From the human T2T-CHM13v2.0 reference genome, Homo sapiens, in assembly GCF_009914755.1 (NCBI RefSeq), contig NC_060925.1: 64,000 nucleotides of DNA, one strand, 5' to 3'. The notes below the pieces were generated by a model. That model was not told the DNA's origin and did not search any database. It saw only the letters and a list, made by a program, of their open reading frames with translations. Of the stretch, positions 24,621 to 38,728 are shown piece after piece. Position 1 is the first letter of the stretch. Each line of letters opens with the position of its first letter. Position numbers and translations under genes: made by a program.

Positions 24621-27332
24621 ATGAAATTGAAATGGATGGACTCATCATCAAATGGATTCGAATGGAATCATCGAATAAAATTGATTGAAATCATCATCGA
24701 ATGGAATCGAATGGTATCATTGAATGGAATCGAATGGAATCATCATCAGATGGAAATGAATGGAATCGTCATAGAATGGAATCGAATGGATTCATTGAAT
24801 GGAATCAGATGGAATCATTGAATGGACTGGAATGGAATCATTGAATGGACTCGAAAGGGATCATTATTGAATGGAATTGAATGGAATCATCGAATGGTCT
24901 CGATTGGAATCATTATCAAATGGAATCGAATGGAATCACCGAATAGAATCGAATGGAACAATCATCGAATGGACTCAAATGGAATTATCCTCCAATGGAA
25001 TGGAATGGAATTATCGAATGCAATCGAATGGAATTATCGAATGCAATCGAATAGAATCATCGAATGGACTCGAATGGAATCATCGAATGGAATGGAATGG
25101 AACAGTCAATGAACTCGAATGGAATCATCATTGAATGGAATCGAATGGAATCATCGAGTGGAATCGAAAGGAATTATGACCAAATGGAATCGAATGTAAT
25201 CATCATCAAATGGAATCAAAAATAACCATCATCAATTGGTATTGAATGGAATTGTCATCAAATGGAATTCAAAGGAATCATCATCAAATGGAACCGAATG
25301 GAATCCTCATTGAATGGAAATGAAAGGGGTCATCATCTAATGGAATCGCATGGAATCATCATCAAATGGAATCGAATGGAATCATCATCAAATGGAATCT
25401 AATGGAATCATTGAACAGAATTGAATGGAATCGTCATCGAATGAATTGAATGCAATCATCGAATGGTCTCGAATGGAATCATCTTCTAATGGAAAGGAAT
25501 GGAATCATTGCATAGAATCGAGTGGAATTATCATCGAATGGAATCGAATGGTATCAACACCAAACGGAAAAAAACGGAATTATCGAATGGAATCGAAGAG
25601 AATCTTCGAACGGACCCGAATGGAATCATCTAATGGAATTGAATGGAATAATCCATGGACTCGAATGCAATCATCATCGAATGGAATCGAATGGAATCAT
25701 CGAATGGACTCGAATGGAATAATCATTGAACGGAATCGAATGGAATCATCATCGGATGGAAACGAATGGAATCATCATCGAATGGAAATGAAAGGAGTCA
25801 TCATCTAATGGAATTGCATGGAATCATCATAAAATGGAATCGAATGGAATCAACATCAAATGGAATCAAATGGAATCATTGAACGGAATTGAATGGAATC
25901 GTCATCGAATGAATTGAATGCAATCATCGAATGGTCTCGAATGGAATCATCTTCAAATGGAATGGAATGGAATCATCGCATAGAATCGAATGGAATTATC
26001 ATCGAATGGAATCGAATTGAATCAACATCAAACGGAAAAAAACGGAATTATCGAATGGAATCGAAGAGAATCATCGAATGGACCCGAATGGAATCATCTA
26101 ATGGAATGGCATGGAATAATCCATGGACACGAATGCAATCATCATCGAATGGAATCGAATGGAATCATCGAATGGACTCGAATGGAATAATCATTGAACG
26201 GAATCGAATGGAATCATCATCGGATGGAAACGAATGGAATCATCATCGAATGGAAATGAAAGGAGTCATCATCTAATGGAATTGCATGGAATCATCATCA
26301 AATGGAATCGAATGGAATCAACATCAAATGGAATCAAATGGAATCATTGAACGGAATTGAATGGAATCGTCATCGAATGAATTGAATGCAATCATCGAAT
26401 GGTCTCGAATGCAATCATCTTCAAATGGAATGGAATGGAATCATCGCATAGAATCGAATGGAATTATCATCAAATGGAATCGAATGGTATCAACATAAAA
26501 CGGAAAAAAACGGAATTATCGAATGGAATCGAAGAGAATCCTCGAACGGACCCGAATGGAATCATCTAATGGAATGGAATGGAATAATCCATGGAGTCGA
26601 ATGCAATCATCATCGAATGGAATCGAATGGAATCATCGAATGGACTCGAATGGAATAATCATTGAACGGAATCGAATGGAATCATCTTCGGATGGAAACG
26701 AATGGAATCATCATGGAATGGAAATGAGAGGAATCATCATCTAATGGAATTGCATGGAATCATCATAAAATGGAATCGAATGGAATCAACATCAAATGGA
26801 ATCAAATGTAATCCTTGAACGGAATTGAATGGAATCGTCATCGAATGAATTGAATGCAATCATCGAATGGTCTCGAATGGAATCATCTTCAAATGGAATG
26901 GAATGGAATCATCGCATAGAATCGAATGGAATTATCATCGAATGGAATCGAATGGAATCAACATCAAACGGAAAAAAACGGAATTATCGAATGGAATCGA
27001 AGAGAATCATCGAATGGACCCGAATGGAATCATCTAATGGAATGAAATGGAATAACCCATGGACTCGAATGCAATCATCATCGAATGGAATCGAATGGAA
27101 TCATCGAATGGACTCGAATGGAATAATCATTGAACGGAATCGAATGGAATCATCATCGGATGGAAATGAATGGAATCATCATCGAATGGTATCGAATAGA
27201 ATTATGGAATGAAATCCAGTGTGATCATCATCGAATGGACCCGAATGGAATCATCATCCATCGGAAGCAAATGGAATCAACATCGAATGAATCGAATGGA
27301 AACACCATCGAATTGAGACGAATGGAATTATC
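24621..27332 (+). repeat. 2,712-bp expanded monomer with four 468-bp subunits
   Basis: Subunit anchors at 25522, 25990, 26458 and 25425, 25893, 26829; 2712 = 1776 + 2 x 468. Confidence 0.92.
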
Positions 27333-27976
27333 ATGAATTTGAAATGGATGGACTCATCATCGAATGGATTCGAATGGAATCATCGAATAAAATTGATTGA
27401 AATCATCATCCAATGGAATCGAATGGTATCATTGAATGGAATCGAATGGAATCATCATCAGATGGAAATGAATGGAATCGTCATAGAATGGAATCGAATG
27501 GATTCATTGAATGGAATCAGATGGAATCATTGAATGGACTGGAATGGAATCATTGAATGGACTCGAAAGGGATCATTATTGAATGGAATTGAATGGAATC
27601 ATCGAATGGTCTCGATTGGAATTATTATCAAATGGAATCGAATGGAATCACCGAATAGAATCGAATGGAACAATCATCGAATGGACTCAAATGGAATTAT
27701 CCTCAAATGGAATCGAATGGAATTATCGAATGCAATCGAATGGAATTATCGAATGCAATCGAATAGAATCACCGAATGGACTCGAATGGAATCATCGAAT
27801 GGAATGGAATGGAAAAGTCAATGAACACGAATGGAATCATCACTGAATGGAATCGAATGGAATCATCGAGTGGAATCGAATGGAATTATGATCAAATGGA
27901 ATCGAATGTAATCATCATCAAATGGAATCAAAAATAACCATCATCAATTGGTATTGAATGGAATTGTTATCAAATG

Positions 27977-29752
27977 GAATTCAAAGGAATCATCATCAAA
28001 TGGAACTGAATGGAATCCTCATTGAATGGAAATGAAAGGGGTCATCATCTAATGGAATAGCATGGAATAATCATCAAATGGAATCGAATGGAATCATCAT
28101 CAAATGGAATCTAATGGAAACATTGAACAGAATTGAATGGAATCGTCATCGAATGAATTGAATGCAATCATCGAATGGTCTCGAATGGAATCATCTTCTA
28201 ATGGAAAGGAATGGAATCATCGCTTAGAATCGAATGGAATTAACATTGAATGGACTCGAATGAAATCAACATCAAATGGAATCAAGCGGAATTATCGAAT
28301 GAAATCGAAGAGAATCATCGAATGGACTCGAATGGAATCATCTAATGGAATGGAATGGAATAATCCACGGACTCGAATGCAATCATCATAGTATAGAATC
28401 GAACGGAATCATCGAATGGACTCGAATGGAATAACCATTGAACGGAATCGAATGTAATCATCATCGGATGGAAACGAATGGAATCATCATCGAATGGAAA
28501 TGAAAGGAGTCATCATCTAATGGAATTGCATGGAATCATCATAAAATGGAATCGAATGGAATCATCATCAAATGGAATCAAATGGAAGCATTGAACGGAA
28601 TTGAATGGAATCGTCATCGAATGAATTGAATGCAATCATCGAATGGTCTCGAATGGAATCATCTTCAAATGGAATGGAATGGAATCATCGCATACAATCG
28701 AATGGAATTATCATCGAATGGAATCGAATGGTATCAACATCAAACGGAAAAAAACGGAATTACCGAATGGAATCGAAGAGAATCTTCGAACGGACCCGAA
28801 TGGAATCATCTAATGGAATGGAATGGAATAATCCATGGACTCGAATGCAATCATCATCGAATGGAATCGAATGGAATCATCGAATGGACTCGAATGGAAT
28901 AATCATTGAACGGAATCGAATGGAATCATCATCGGATGGAAATGAATGGAATCATCATCGAATGGAATCGAATAGAATTATGGAATGAAATCCAGTGTGA
29001 TCATCATCGAATGGACCCGAATGGAATCATCATCCAACGGAAGCTAATGGAATCAACATCGAATGAATCGAATGGAAACACCATCGAATTGAAACGAATG
29101 GAATTATCATGAAATTGAAATGGATGGACTCATCATCGAATGGATTCGAATGGAATCATCGAATAAAATTGATTGAAATCATCATCCAATGGAATCGAAT
29201 GGTATCATTGAATGGAATCGAATGGAATCATCATCAGATGGAAATGAATGGAATCGTCATAGAATGGAATCGAATGGATTCATTGAATGGAATCAGATGG
29301 AATCATCGAATGGACTGGAATGGAATCATTGAATGGACTCGAAAGGGATCATTATTGAATGGAATTGAATGGAATCATCGAATGGTCTCGATTGGAATCA
29401 TTATCAAATGGAATCGAATGGAATCACCGAATAGAATCGAATGGAACAATCATCGAATGGACTCAAATGGAATTATCCTCAAATGGAATCGAATGGAATT
29501 ATCGAATGCAATCGAATGGAATTATCGAATGCAATCGAATAGAATCATCGGATGGACTCGAATGGAATCATCGCATGGAATGGAATGGAACAGTCAATGA
29601 ACTCGAATGCAATCATCATTGAATGGAATCGAATGGAATCATCGAGTGGAATCGAATGGAATTATGATCAAATGGAATCGAATGTAATCATCATCAAATG
29701 GAATCAAAAATAACCATCATCAATTGGTATTGAATGGAATTGTCATCAAATG
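27977..29752 (+). repeat. Representative 1,776-bp monomer (EcoRI to EcoRI), consistent with the chr1q12 1.77-kb repeat (D1Z1/pUC1.77, HSat2A2)
   Basis: GAATTC in 'ggaattcaaagg' at 27977, 29753 and 31529, exactly 1776 apart. The landmark 'atgaaattgaaatggatgg' recurs 37 times (964 to 63577), with 15 of 36 spacings 1775-1776. The chr1 assignment rests on the known 1.77-kb EcoRI periodicity. Confidence 0.85.
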
Positions 29753-32700
29753 GAATTCAAAGGAATCATCATCAAATGGAACCGAATGGAATCCTCATTG
29801 AATGGAAATGAAAGGGGTCATCATCTAATGGAATCGCATGGAATCATCATCAAATGGAATCGAATGCAATCATCATCAAATGGAATCTAATGGAATCATT
29901 GAACAGAATTGAATGGAATCGTCATCGAATGAATTGAATGCAATCATCGAATGGTCTCGAATGGAATCATCTTCTAATGGAAAGGAATGGAATCATCGCA
30001 TAGAATCGAATGGAATTATCATCGAATGGAATCGAATGGTATCAACACCAAACGGAAAAAAACGGAATTATCGAATGGAATCGAAGAGAATCTTCGAACG
30101 GACCCGAATGGAATCATCTAATGGAATGGAACGGAATAATCCATGGACTCGAATGCAATCATCATCGAATGGAATCGAATGGAATCATCGAATGGACTCG
30201 AATGGAATAATCATTGAACGGAATTGAATGGAATCATCATCGGATGGAAACGAATGGAATCATCATCGAATGGAAATGAAAGGAGTCATCATCTAATGGA
30301 ATTGCATGGAATCATCATAAAATGGAATCGAATGGAATCAACATCAAATGGAATCAAATGGAATAATTGAACGGAATTGAATGGAATCGTCATCGAATGA
30401 ATTGAATGCAATCATCGAATGATCTAGAATGGAATCATCTTCAAATGGAATGGAATGGAATCATCGCATAGAATCGAACGGAAGTATCATCGAATGGAAT
30501 CGAATGGAATCAACATCAAACGGAAAAAAACGGAATTATCGAATGGAATCGAAGAGAATCATCGAATGGACCCGAATGGAATCATCTAATGGAATGGAAT
30601 GGAATAATCCATGGACTCGAATGCAATCATCATCGAATGGAATCGAATGGAATCATCGAATGGACTCGAATGGAATAATCATTGAACGGAATCGAATGGA
30701 ATCATCAACGGATGGAAATGAATGGAATCATCATCGAATGGAATCGAATAGAATTATGGAATGAAATCCAGTGTGATCATCATCGAATGGACCCGAATGG
30801 AATCATCATCCAACGGAATCTAATGGAATCAACATCGAATGAATCGAATGGAAACACCATCGAATTGAAACGAATGGAATTATCATGAAATTGAAATGGA
30901 TGGACTCATCATCGAATGGATTCGAATGGAATCATCGAATAAAATTGATTGAAATCATCATCCAATGGAATCGAATGGTATCATTGAATGGAATCGAATG
31001 GAATCATCATCAGATGGAAATGAATGGAATCGTCATAGAATGGAATCGAATGGATTCATTGAATGGAATCAGATGGAATCCTCGAATGGACTGGAATGGA
31101 ATCATTGAATGGACTCGAAAGGGATCATTATTGAATGGAATTGAATGGAATCATCGAATGGTCTCGATTGGAATCATTATCAAATGGAATCGAATGGAAT
31201 CACCGAATAGAATCGAATGGAACAATCATCGAATGGACTCCAATGGAATTATCCTCAAATGGAATCGAATGGAATTATCGAATGCAATCGAATGGAATTA
31301 TCGAATGCAATCGAATAGAATCATCGAATGGACTCGAATGGAATCATCGAATGGAATGGAATGGAACAGTCAATGAACTCGAATGGAATCATCATTGAAT
31401 GGAATCGAATGGAATCATCGAGTGGAATCGAATGGAAATATGATCAAATGGAATCGAATATAATCATCATCAAATGGAATCAAAAATAACCATCATCAAT
31501 TGGTATTGAATGGAATTCTCATCAAATGGAATTCAAAGGAATCATCATCAAATGGAACTGAATGGAATCCTCATTGAATGGAAATGAAAGGGGTCATCAT
31601 CTAATGGAATCGCATGGAATCATCATCAAATGGAATCGAATGGAATCATCATCAAATGGAATCTGATGGAATCATTGAACAGAATTGAATGGAATCGTCA
31701 TCGAATGAATTGAATGCAATCATCGAATGGTCTCGAATGTAATCACATTCTAATGGAAAGGAATGGAATCATCGCATAGAATCGAATGGAATTAACATTG
31801 AATGGACTCGAATGGAATCAACATCAAACGGAATCAAGCGGAATTATCGAATGGAATCGAAGAGAATCATCGAATGGTCTCGAATGGAATCATCTTCTAA
31901 TGGAAAGGAATGGAATCATCGCATAGAATCGAATGGAATTAACATTGAATGGACTCGAATGGAATCAACATCAAATGGAATCAAGCGGAATTATCGAATG
32001 AAATCGAAGAGAATCATCGAATGGACTCGAATGGAATCATCTAATGGAATGGAATGGAATAATCCACGGACTCGAATGCAATCATCATCGTATAGAATCG
32101 AATGGAATCATCGAATGGACTCGAATGGAATAACCATTGAACGGAATCGAATGGAATCATCATCGGATGGAAACGAATGGAATCATCATCGAATGGAAAT
32201 GAAAGGAGTCAGCATCTAATGGAATTGCATGGAATCATCATAAAATGGAATCGAATGGAATCATCATCAAATGGAATCAAATGGAAGCATTGAACGGAAT
32301 TGAATGGAATCGTCATCGAATGAATTGAATGCAATCATCGAATGGTCTCGAATGGAATCATCTTCAAATGGAATGGAGTGGAATCATCGCATACAATCGA
32401 ATGGAATTATCATCGAATGGAATCGAATGGTATCAACATCAAACGGAAAAAAACGGAATTACCGAATGGAATCGAAGAGAATCTTCGAACGGACCCGAAT
32501 GGAATCATCTAATGGAATGGAATGGAATAATCCATGGACTCGAATGCAATCATCATCGAATGGAATCGAATGGAATCATCGAATGGACTCGAATGGAATA
32601 ATCATTGAACGGAATCGAATGGAATCATCATCGGATGGAAATGAATGGAATCATCATCGAATGGAATCGAATAGAATTATGGAATGAAATCCAGTGTGAT

Positions 32701-35700
32701 CATCATCGAATGGACCCGAATGGAATCATCATCCAACGGAAGCTAATGGAATCAACATCGAATGAATCGAATGGAAACACCATCGAATTGAAACGAATGG
32801 AATTATCATGAAATTGAAATGGATGGACTCATCATCGAATGGATTCGAATGGAATCATCGAATAAAATTGATTGAAATCATCATCCAATGGAATCGAATG
32901 GTATCATTGAATGGAATCGAATGGAATCATCATCAGATGGAAATGAATGGAATCGTCATAGAATGGAATCGAATGGATTCATTGATTGGAATCAGATGGA
33001 ATCATCGAATGGACTGGAATGGAATCATTGAATGGACTCGAAAGGGATCATTATTGAATGGAATTGAATGGAATCATCGAATGGTCTCGATTGGAATCAT
33101 TATCAAATGGAATCGAATGGAATCACCGAATAGAATCGAATGGAACAATCATCGAATCGACTCAAATGGAATTATCCTCAAATGGAATCGAATGGAATTA
33201 TCGAATGCAATCGAATGGAATTATCGAATGCAATCGAATAGAATCATCGGATGGACTCGAATGGAATCATCGCATGGAATGGAATGGAACAGTCAATGAA
33301 CTCGAATGGAATCATCATTGAATGGAATCGAATGGAATCATCGAGTGGAATCGAATGGAATTATGATCAAATGGAATCGAATGTAATCATCATCAAATGG
33401 AATCAAAAATAACCATCATCAATTGGTATTGAATGGAATTGTCATCAAATGGAATTCAAAGGAATCATCATCAAATGGAACCGAATGGAATCCTCATTGA
33501 ATGGAAATGAAAGGGGTCATCATCTAATGGAATCGCATGGAATCATCATCAAATGGAATCGAATGGAATCATCATCAAATGGAATCTAATGCAATCATTG
33601 AACAGAATTGAATGGAATCGTCATCGAATGAATTGAATGCAATCATCGAATGGTCTCGAATGGAATCATCTTCTAATGGAAAGGAATGGAATCATCGCAT
33701 AGAATCGAATGGAATTATCATCGAATGGAATCGAATGGTATCAACACCAAACGGAAAAAAACGGAATTATCGAATGGAATCGAAGAGAATCTTCGAACGG
33801 ACCCGAATGGAATCATCTAATGGAATGGAACGGAATAATCCATGGACTCGAATGCAATCATCATCGAATGGAATCGAATGGAATCATCGAATGGACTCGA
33901 ATGGAATAATCATTGAACGGAATTGAATGGAATCATCATCGGATGGAAACGAATGGAATCATCATCGAATGGAAATGAAAGGAGTCATCATCTAATGGAA
34001 TTGCATGGAATCATCATAAAATGGAATCGAATGGAATCAACATCAAATGGAATCAAATGGAATAATTGAACGGAATTGAATGGAATCGTCATCGAATGAA
34101 TTGAATGCAATCATCGAATGATCTAGAATGGAATCATCTTCAAATGGAATGGAATGGAATCATCGCATAGAATCGAATGGAAGTATCATCGAATGGAATC
34201 GAATGGAATCAACATCAAACGGAAAAAAACGGAATTATCGAATGGAATCGAAGAGAATCATCGAATGGACCCGAATGGAATCATCTAATGGAATGGAATG
34301 GAATAATCCATGGACTCGAATGCAATCATCATCGAATGGAATCGAATGGAATCATCGAATGGACTCGAATGGAATAATCATTGAACGGAATCGAATGGAA
34401 TCATCAACGGATGGAAATGAATGGAATCATCATCGAATGGAATCGAATAGAATTATGGAATGAAATCCAGTGTGATCATCATCGAATGGACCCGAATGGA
34501 ATCATCATCCAACGGAATCTAATGGAATCAACATCGAATGAATCGAATGGAAACACCATCGAATTGAAACGAATGGAATTATCATGAAATTGAAATGGAT
34601 GGACTCATCATCGAATGGATTCGAATGGAATCATCGAATAAAATTGATTGAAATCATCATCCAATGGAATCGAATGGTATCATTGAATGGAATCGAATGG
34701 AATCATCATCAGATGGAAATGAATGGAATCGTCATAGAATGGAATCGAATGGATTCATTGAATGGAATCAGATGGAATCCTCGAATGGACTGGAATGGAA
34801 TCATTGAATGGACTCGAAAGGGATCATTATTGAATGGAATTGAATGGAATCATCGAATGGTCTCGATTGGAATCATTATCAAATGGAATCGAATGGAATC
34901 ACCGAATAGAATCGAATGGAACAATCATCGAATGGACTCCAATGGAATTATCCTCAAATGGAATCGAATGGAATTATCGAATGCAATCGAATGGAATTAT
35001 CGAATGCAATCGAATAGAATCATCGAATGGACTCGAATGGAATCATCGAATGGAATGGAATGGAACAGTCAATGAACTCGAATGGAATCATCATTGAATG
35101 GAATCGAATGGAATCATCGAGTGGAATCGAATGGAAATATGATCAAATGGAATCGAATATAATCATCATCAAATGGAATCAAAAATAACCATCATCAATT
35201 GGTATTGAATGGAATTCTCATCAAATGGAATTCAAAGGAATCATCATCAAATGGAACTGAATGGAATCCTCATTGAATGGAAATGAAAGGGGTCATCATC
35301 TAATGGAATCGCATGGAATCATCATCAAATGGAATCGAATGGAATCATCATCAAATGGAATCTGATGGAATCATTGAACAGAATTGAATGGAATCGTCAT
35401 CGAATGAATTGAATGCAATCATCGAATGGTCTCGAATGTAATCACATTCTAATGGAAAGGAATGGAATCATCGCATAGAATCGAATGGAATTAACATTGA
35501 ATGGACTCGAATGGAATCAACATCAAACGGAATCAAGCGGAATTATCGAATGGAATCGAAGAGAATCATCGAATGGTCTCGAATGGAATCATCTTCTAAT
35601 GGAAAGGAATGGAATCATCGCATAGAATCGAATGGAATTAACATTGAATGGACTCGAATGGAATCAACATCAAATGGAATCAAGCGGAATTATCGAATGA

Positions 35701-35900
35701 AATCGAAGAGAATCATCGAATGGACTCGAATGGAATCATCTAATGGAATGGAATGGAATAATCCACGGACTCGAATGCAATCATCATCGTATAGAATCGA
35801 ATGGAATCATCGAATGGACTCGAATGGAATAACCATTGAACGGAATCGAATGGAATCATCATCGGATGGAAACGAATGGAATCATCATCGAATGGAAATG
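28500..35900 (+). repeat. Local higher-order repeat, 3,699 bp x 2 (1776+1923)
   Basis: Anchors 28605/32304, 29109/32808, 30429/34128, 30885/34584, 31812/35511; shared private variants gatctagaat, gaagtatc, catcaacgg, ggaaatatgatc, cgaatataatc. Confidence 0.92.
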
Positions 35901-36510
35901 TAACGAGTCATCATCTAATGGAATTGCATGGAATCATCATAAAATGGAATCGAATGGAATCATCATCAAATGGAATCAAATGGAATCATTGAACGGAATT
36001 GAATGGAATCGTCATCGAATGAATTGAATGCAATCATCGAATGGTCTCGAATGGAATCATCTTCAAATGGAATGGAATGGAATCATCGCATAGAATCGAA
36101 TGGAATTATCATCGAATGGAATCAAATGGTATCAACATCAAACGGAAATAAACGGAATTATCGAATGGAATCGAAGAGAATCTTCGAACGGACCCGCATG
36201 GAATCATCTAATGGAATGGAATGGAATAATCCATGGACTCGAATGCAATCATCATCGAATGGAATCGAATGGAATCATCGAATGGACTCGAATGGAATAA
36301 TCAATCATTGAACGGAATCGAATGGAATCATCATCGGATGGAAATGAATGGAATCATCATCGAATGGAATCGAATAGAATTATGGAATGAAATCCAGTGT
36401 GATCATCATCGAATGGACCCGAATGGAATCATCATCCAACGGAAGCTAATGGAATCAACATCGAATGAATCGAATGGAAACACCATCAAATTGAAACGAA
36501 TGGAATTATC

Positions 36511-38728
36511 ATGAAATTGAAATGGATGGACTCATCATCGAATGGATTCGAATGGAATCATCGAATAAAATTGATTGAAATCATCATCGAATGGAATCGA
36601 ATGGTATCATTGAATGGAATCGAATGGAATCATCATCAGATGGAAATGAATGGAATCGTCATAGAATGGAATCGAATGGATTCATTGAATAGAATCAGAT
36701 GGAATCATCGAATGGACTGGAATGGAATCATTGAATGGACTCGAAAGGGATCATTATTGAATGGAATTGAATGGAATCATCGAATGGTCTCGATTGGAAT
36801 CATTATCAAATGGAATCGAATGGAATCACCGAATAGAATCGAATGGAACAATCATCGAATGGACTCAAATGGAATTATCCTCAAATGGAATCGAATGGAA
36901 TTATCGAATGCAATCGAATGGAATTATCAAATGCAATCGAATAGAATCATCGAAAGGACTCGAATGGAATCATCGAATGGAATGGAATGGAACAGTCAAT
37001 GAACTCGAATGGAATCATCATTGAATGGAATCGAATGGAATCATCGAGTGGAATCGAATGGAATTATGATCAAATGGAATCGAATGTAATCATCATCAAA
37101 TGGAATCAAAAATAACCATCATCAATTGGTATTGAATGGAATTGTCATCAAATGGAATTCAAAGGAATCATCATCAAATGGAACCGAATGGAATCCTCAT
37201 TGAATGGAAATGAAAGGGGTCATCATCTAATGGAATCGCATGGAATCATCATCAAATGGAATCGAATGGAATCATCATCAAATGGAATCTAATGGAATCA
37301 TTGAAAAGAATTGAATGGAATCATCATCGAATGAATTGAATGCAATCATCGAATGGTCTCGAATGGAATCATCTTCTAATGGAAAGGAATGGAATCATCG
37401 CATAGAATCGAATGGAATTATCATCGAATGGAATCGAATGGTATCAACACCAAACGGAAAAAAACGGAATTATCGAATGGAATCGAAGAGAATCTTCGAA
37501 CGGACCCGAATGGAATCATCTAATGGAATGGAATGGAATAATCCATGGACTCGAATGCAATCATCATCGAATGGAATCGAATGGAATCATCGAATGGACT
37601 CGAATGGAATAATCATTGAACGGAATCGAATGGAATCATCATCGGATGGAAACGAATGGAATCATCATCGAATGGAAATGAAAGGAGTCATCATCTAATG
37701 GAATTGCATGGAATCATCATAAAATGGAATCGAATGGAATCAACATCAAATGGAATCAAATGGAATCATTGAACGGAATTGAATGGAATCGTCATCGAAT
37801 GAATTGAATGCAATCATCGAATGGTCTCGAATGGAATCATCTTCAAATGGAATGGAATGGAATCATCGCATAGAATCGAATGGAATTATCATCGAATGGA
37901 ATCGAATGGAATCAACATCAAACGGAAAAAAACGGAATTATCGAATGGAATCGAAGAGAATCATCGAATGGAGCCGAATGGAATCATCTAATGGAATGGA
38001 ATGGAATAATCCATGGACTCGAATGCAATCATCATCGAATGGAATCGAATGGAATCATCGAATGGACTCGAATGGAATAATCATTGAACGGAATCGAATG
38101 GAATCATCATCGGATGGAAATGAAAGGAGTCATCATCTAATGGAATTGCATGGAATCATCATAAAATGGAATCGAATGGAATCAACATCAAATGGAATCA
38201 AATGGAATCATTGAACGGAATTGAATGGAATCGTCATCGAATGAATTGAATGCAATCATCGAATGGTCTCGAATGGAATCATCTTCAAATGGAATGGAAT
38301 GGAATCATCGCATAGAATCGAATGGAATTATCATCGAATGGAATCGAATGGAATCAACATCAAACGGAAAAAAACGGAATTATCGAATGGAATCGAAGAG
38401 AATCATCGAATGGACCCGAATGGAATCATCTAATGGAATGGAATGGAATAACCCATGGACTCGAATGCAATCATCATCGAATGGAATCCAATGGAATCAT
38501 CGAATGGACTCGAATGGAATAATCATTGAACGGAATCGAATGGAATCATCATCGGATGGAAATGAATGGAATCATCATCGAATGGAATCGAATAGAATTA
38601 TGGAATGAAATCCAGTGTGATCATCATCGAATGGACCCGAATGGAATCATCATCCATCGGAAGCAAATGGAATCAGCATCGAATGAATCGAATGGAAACA
38701 CCATCGAATTGAAACGAATGGAATTATC
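36511..38728 (+). repeat. 2,218-bp monomer with an extra 442-bp (468-26) subunit; related 2,223-bp monomers at 48449-50671 and 57334-59556
   Basis: Anchors 37783/38225 are 442 apart; junction 'cggatggaaatgaaaggagtc' at about 38111-38131, 50049 and 58934. Confidence 0.92.

Larger units (their letters stand above)
11400..25175 (+). repeat. Local higher-order repeat, 4,592 bp x 3 (1776+1922+894)
   Basis: Anchors 12621/17213/21805, 13547/18139/22731, 14543/19135/23727, 15437/20029/24621 are all 4592 apart, sharing private variants (caacgtaagc, ggtcccgatgg, cctcacatgg, ggaaaataacgg). Confidence 0.93.
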
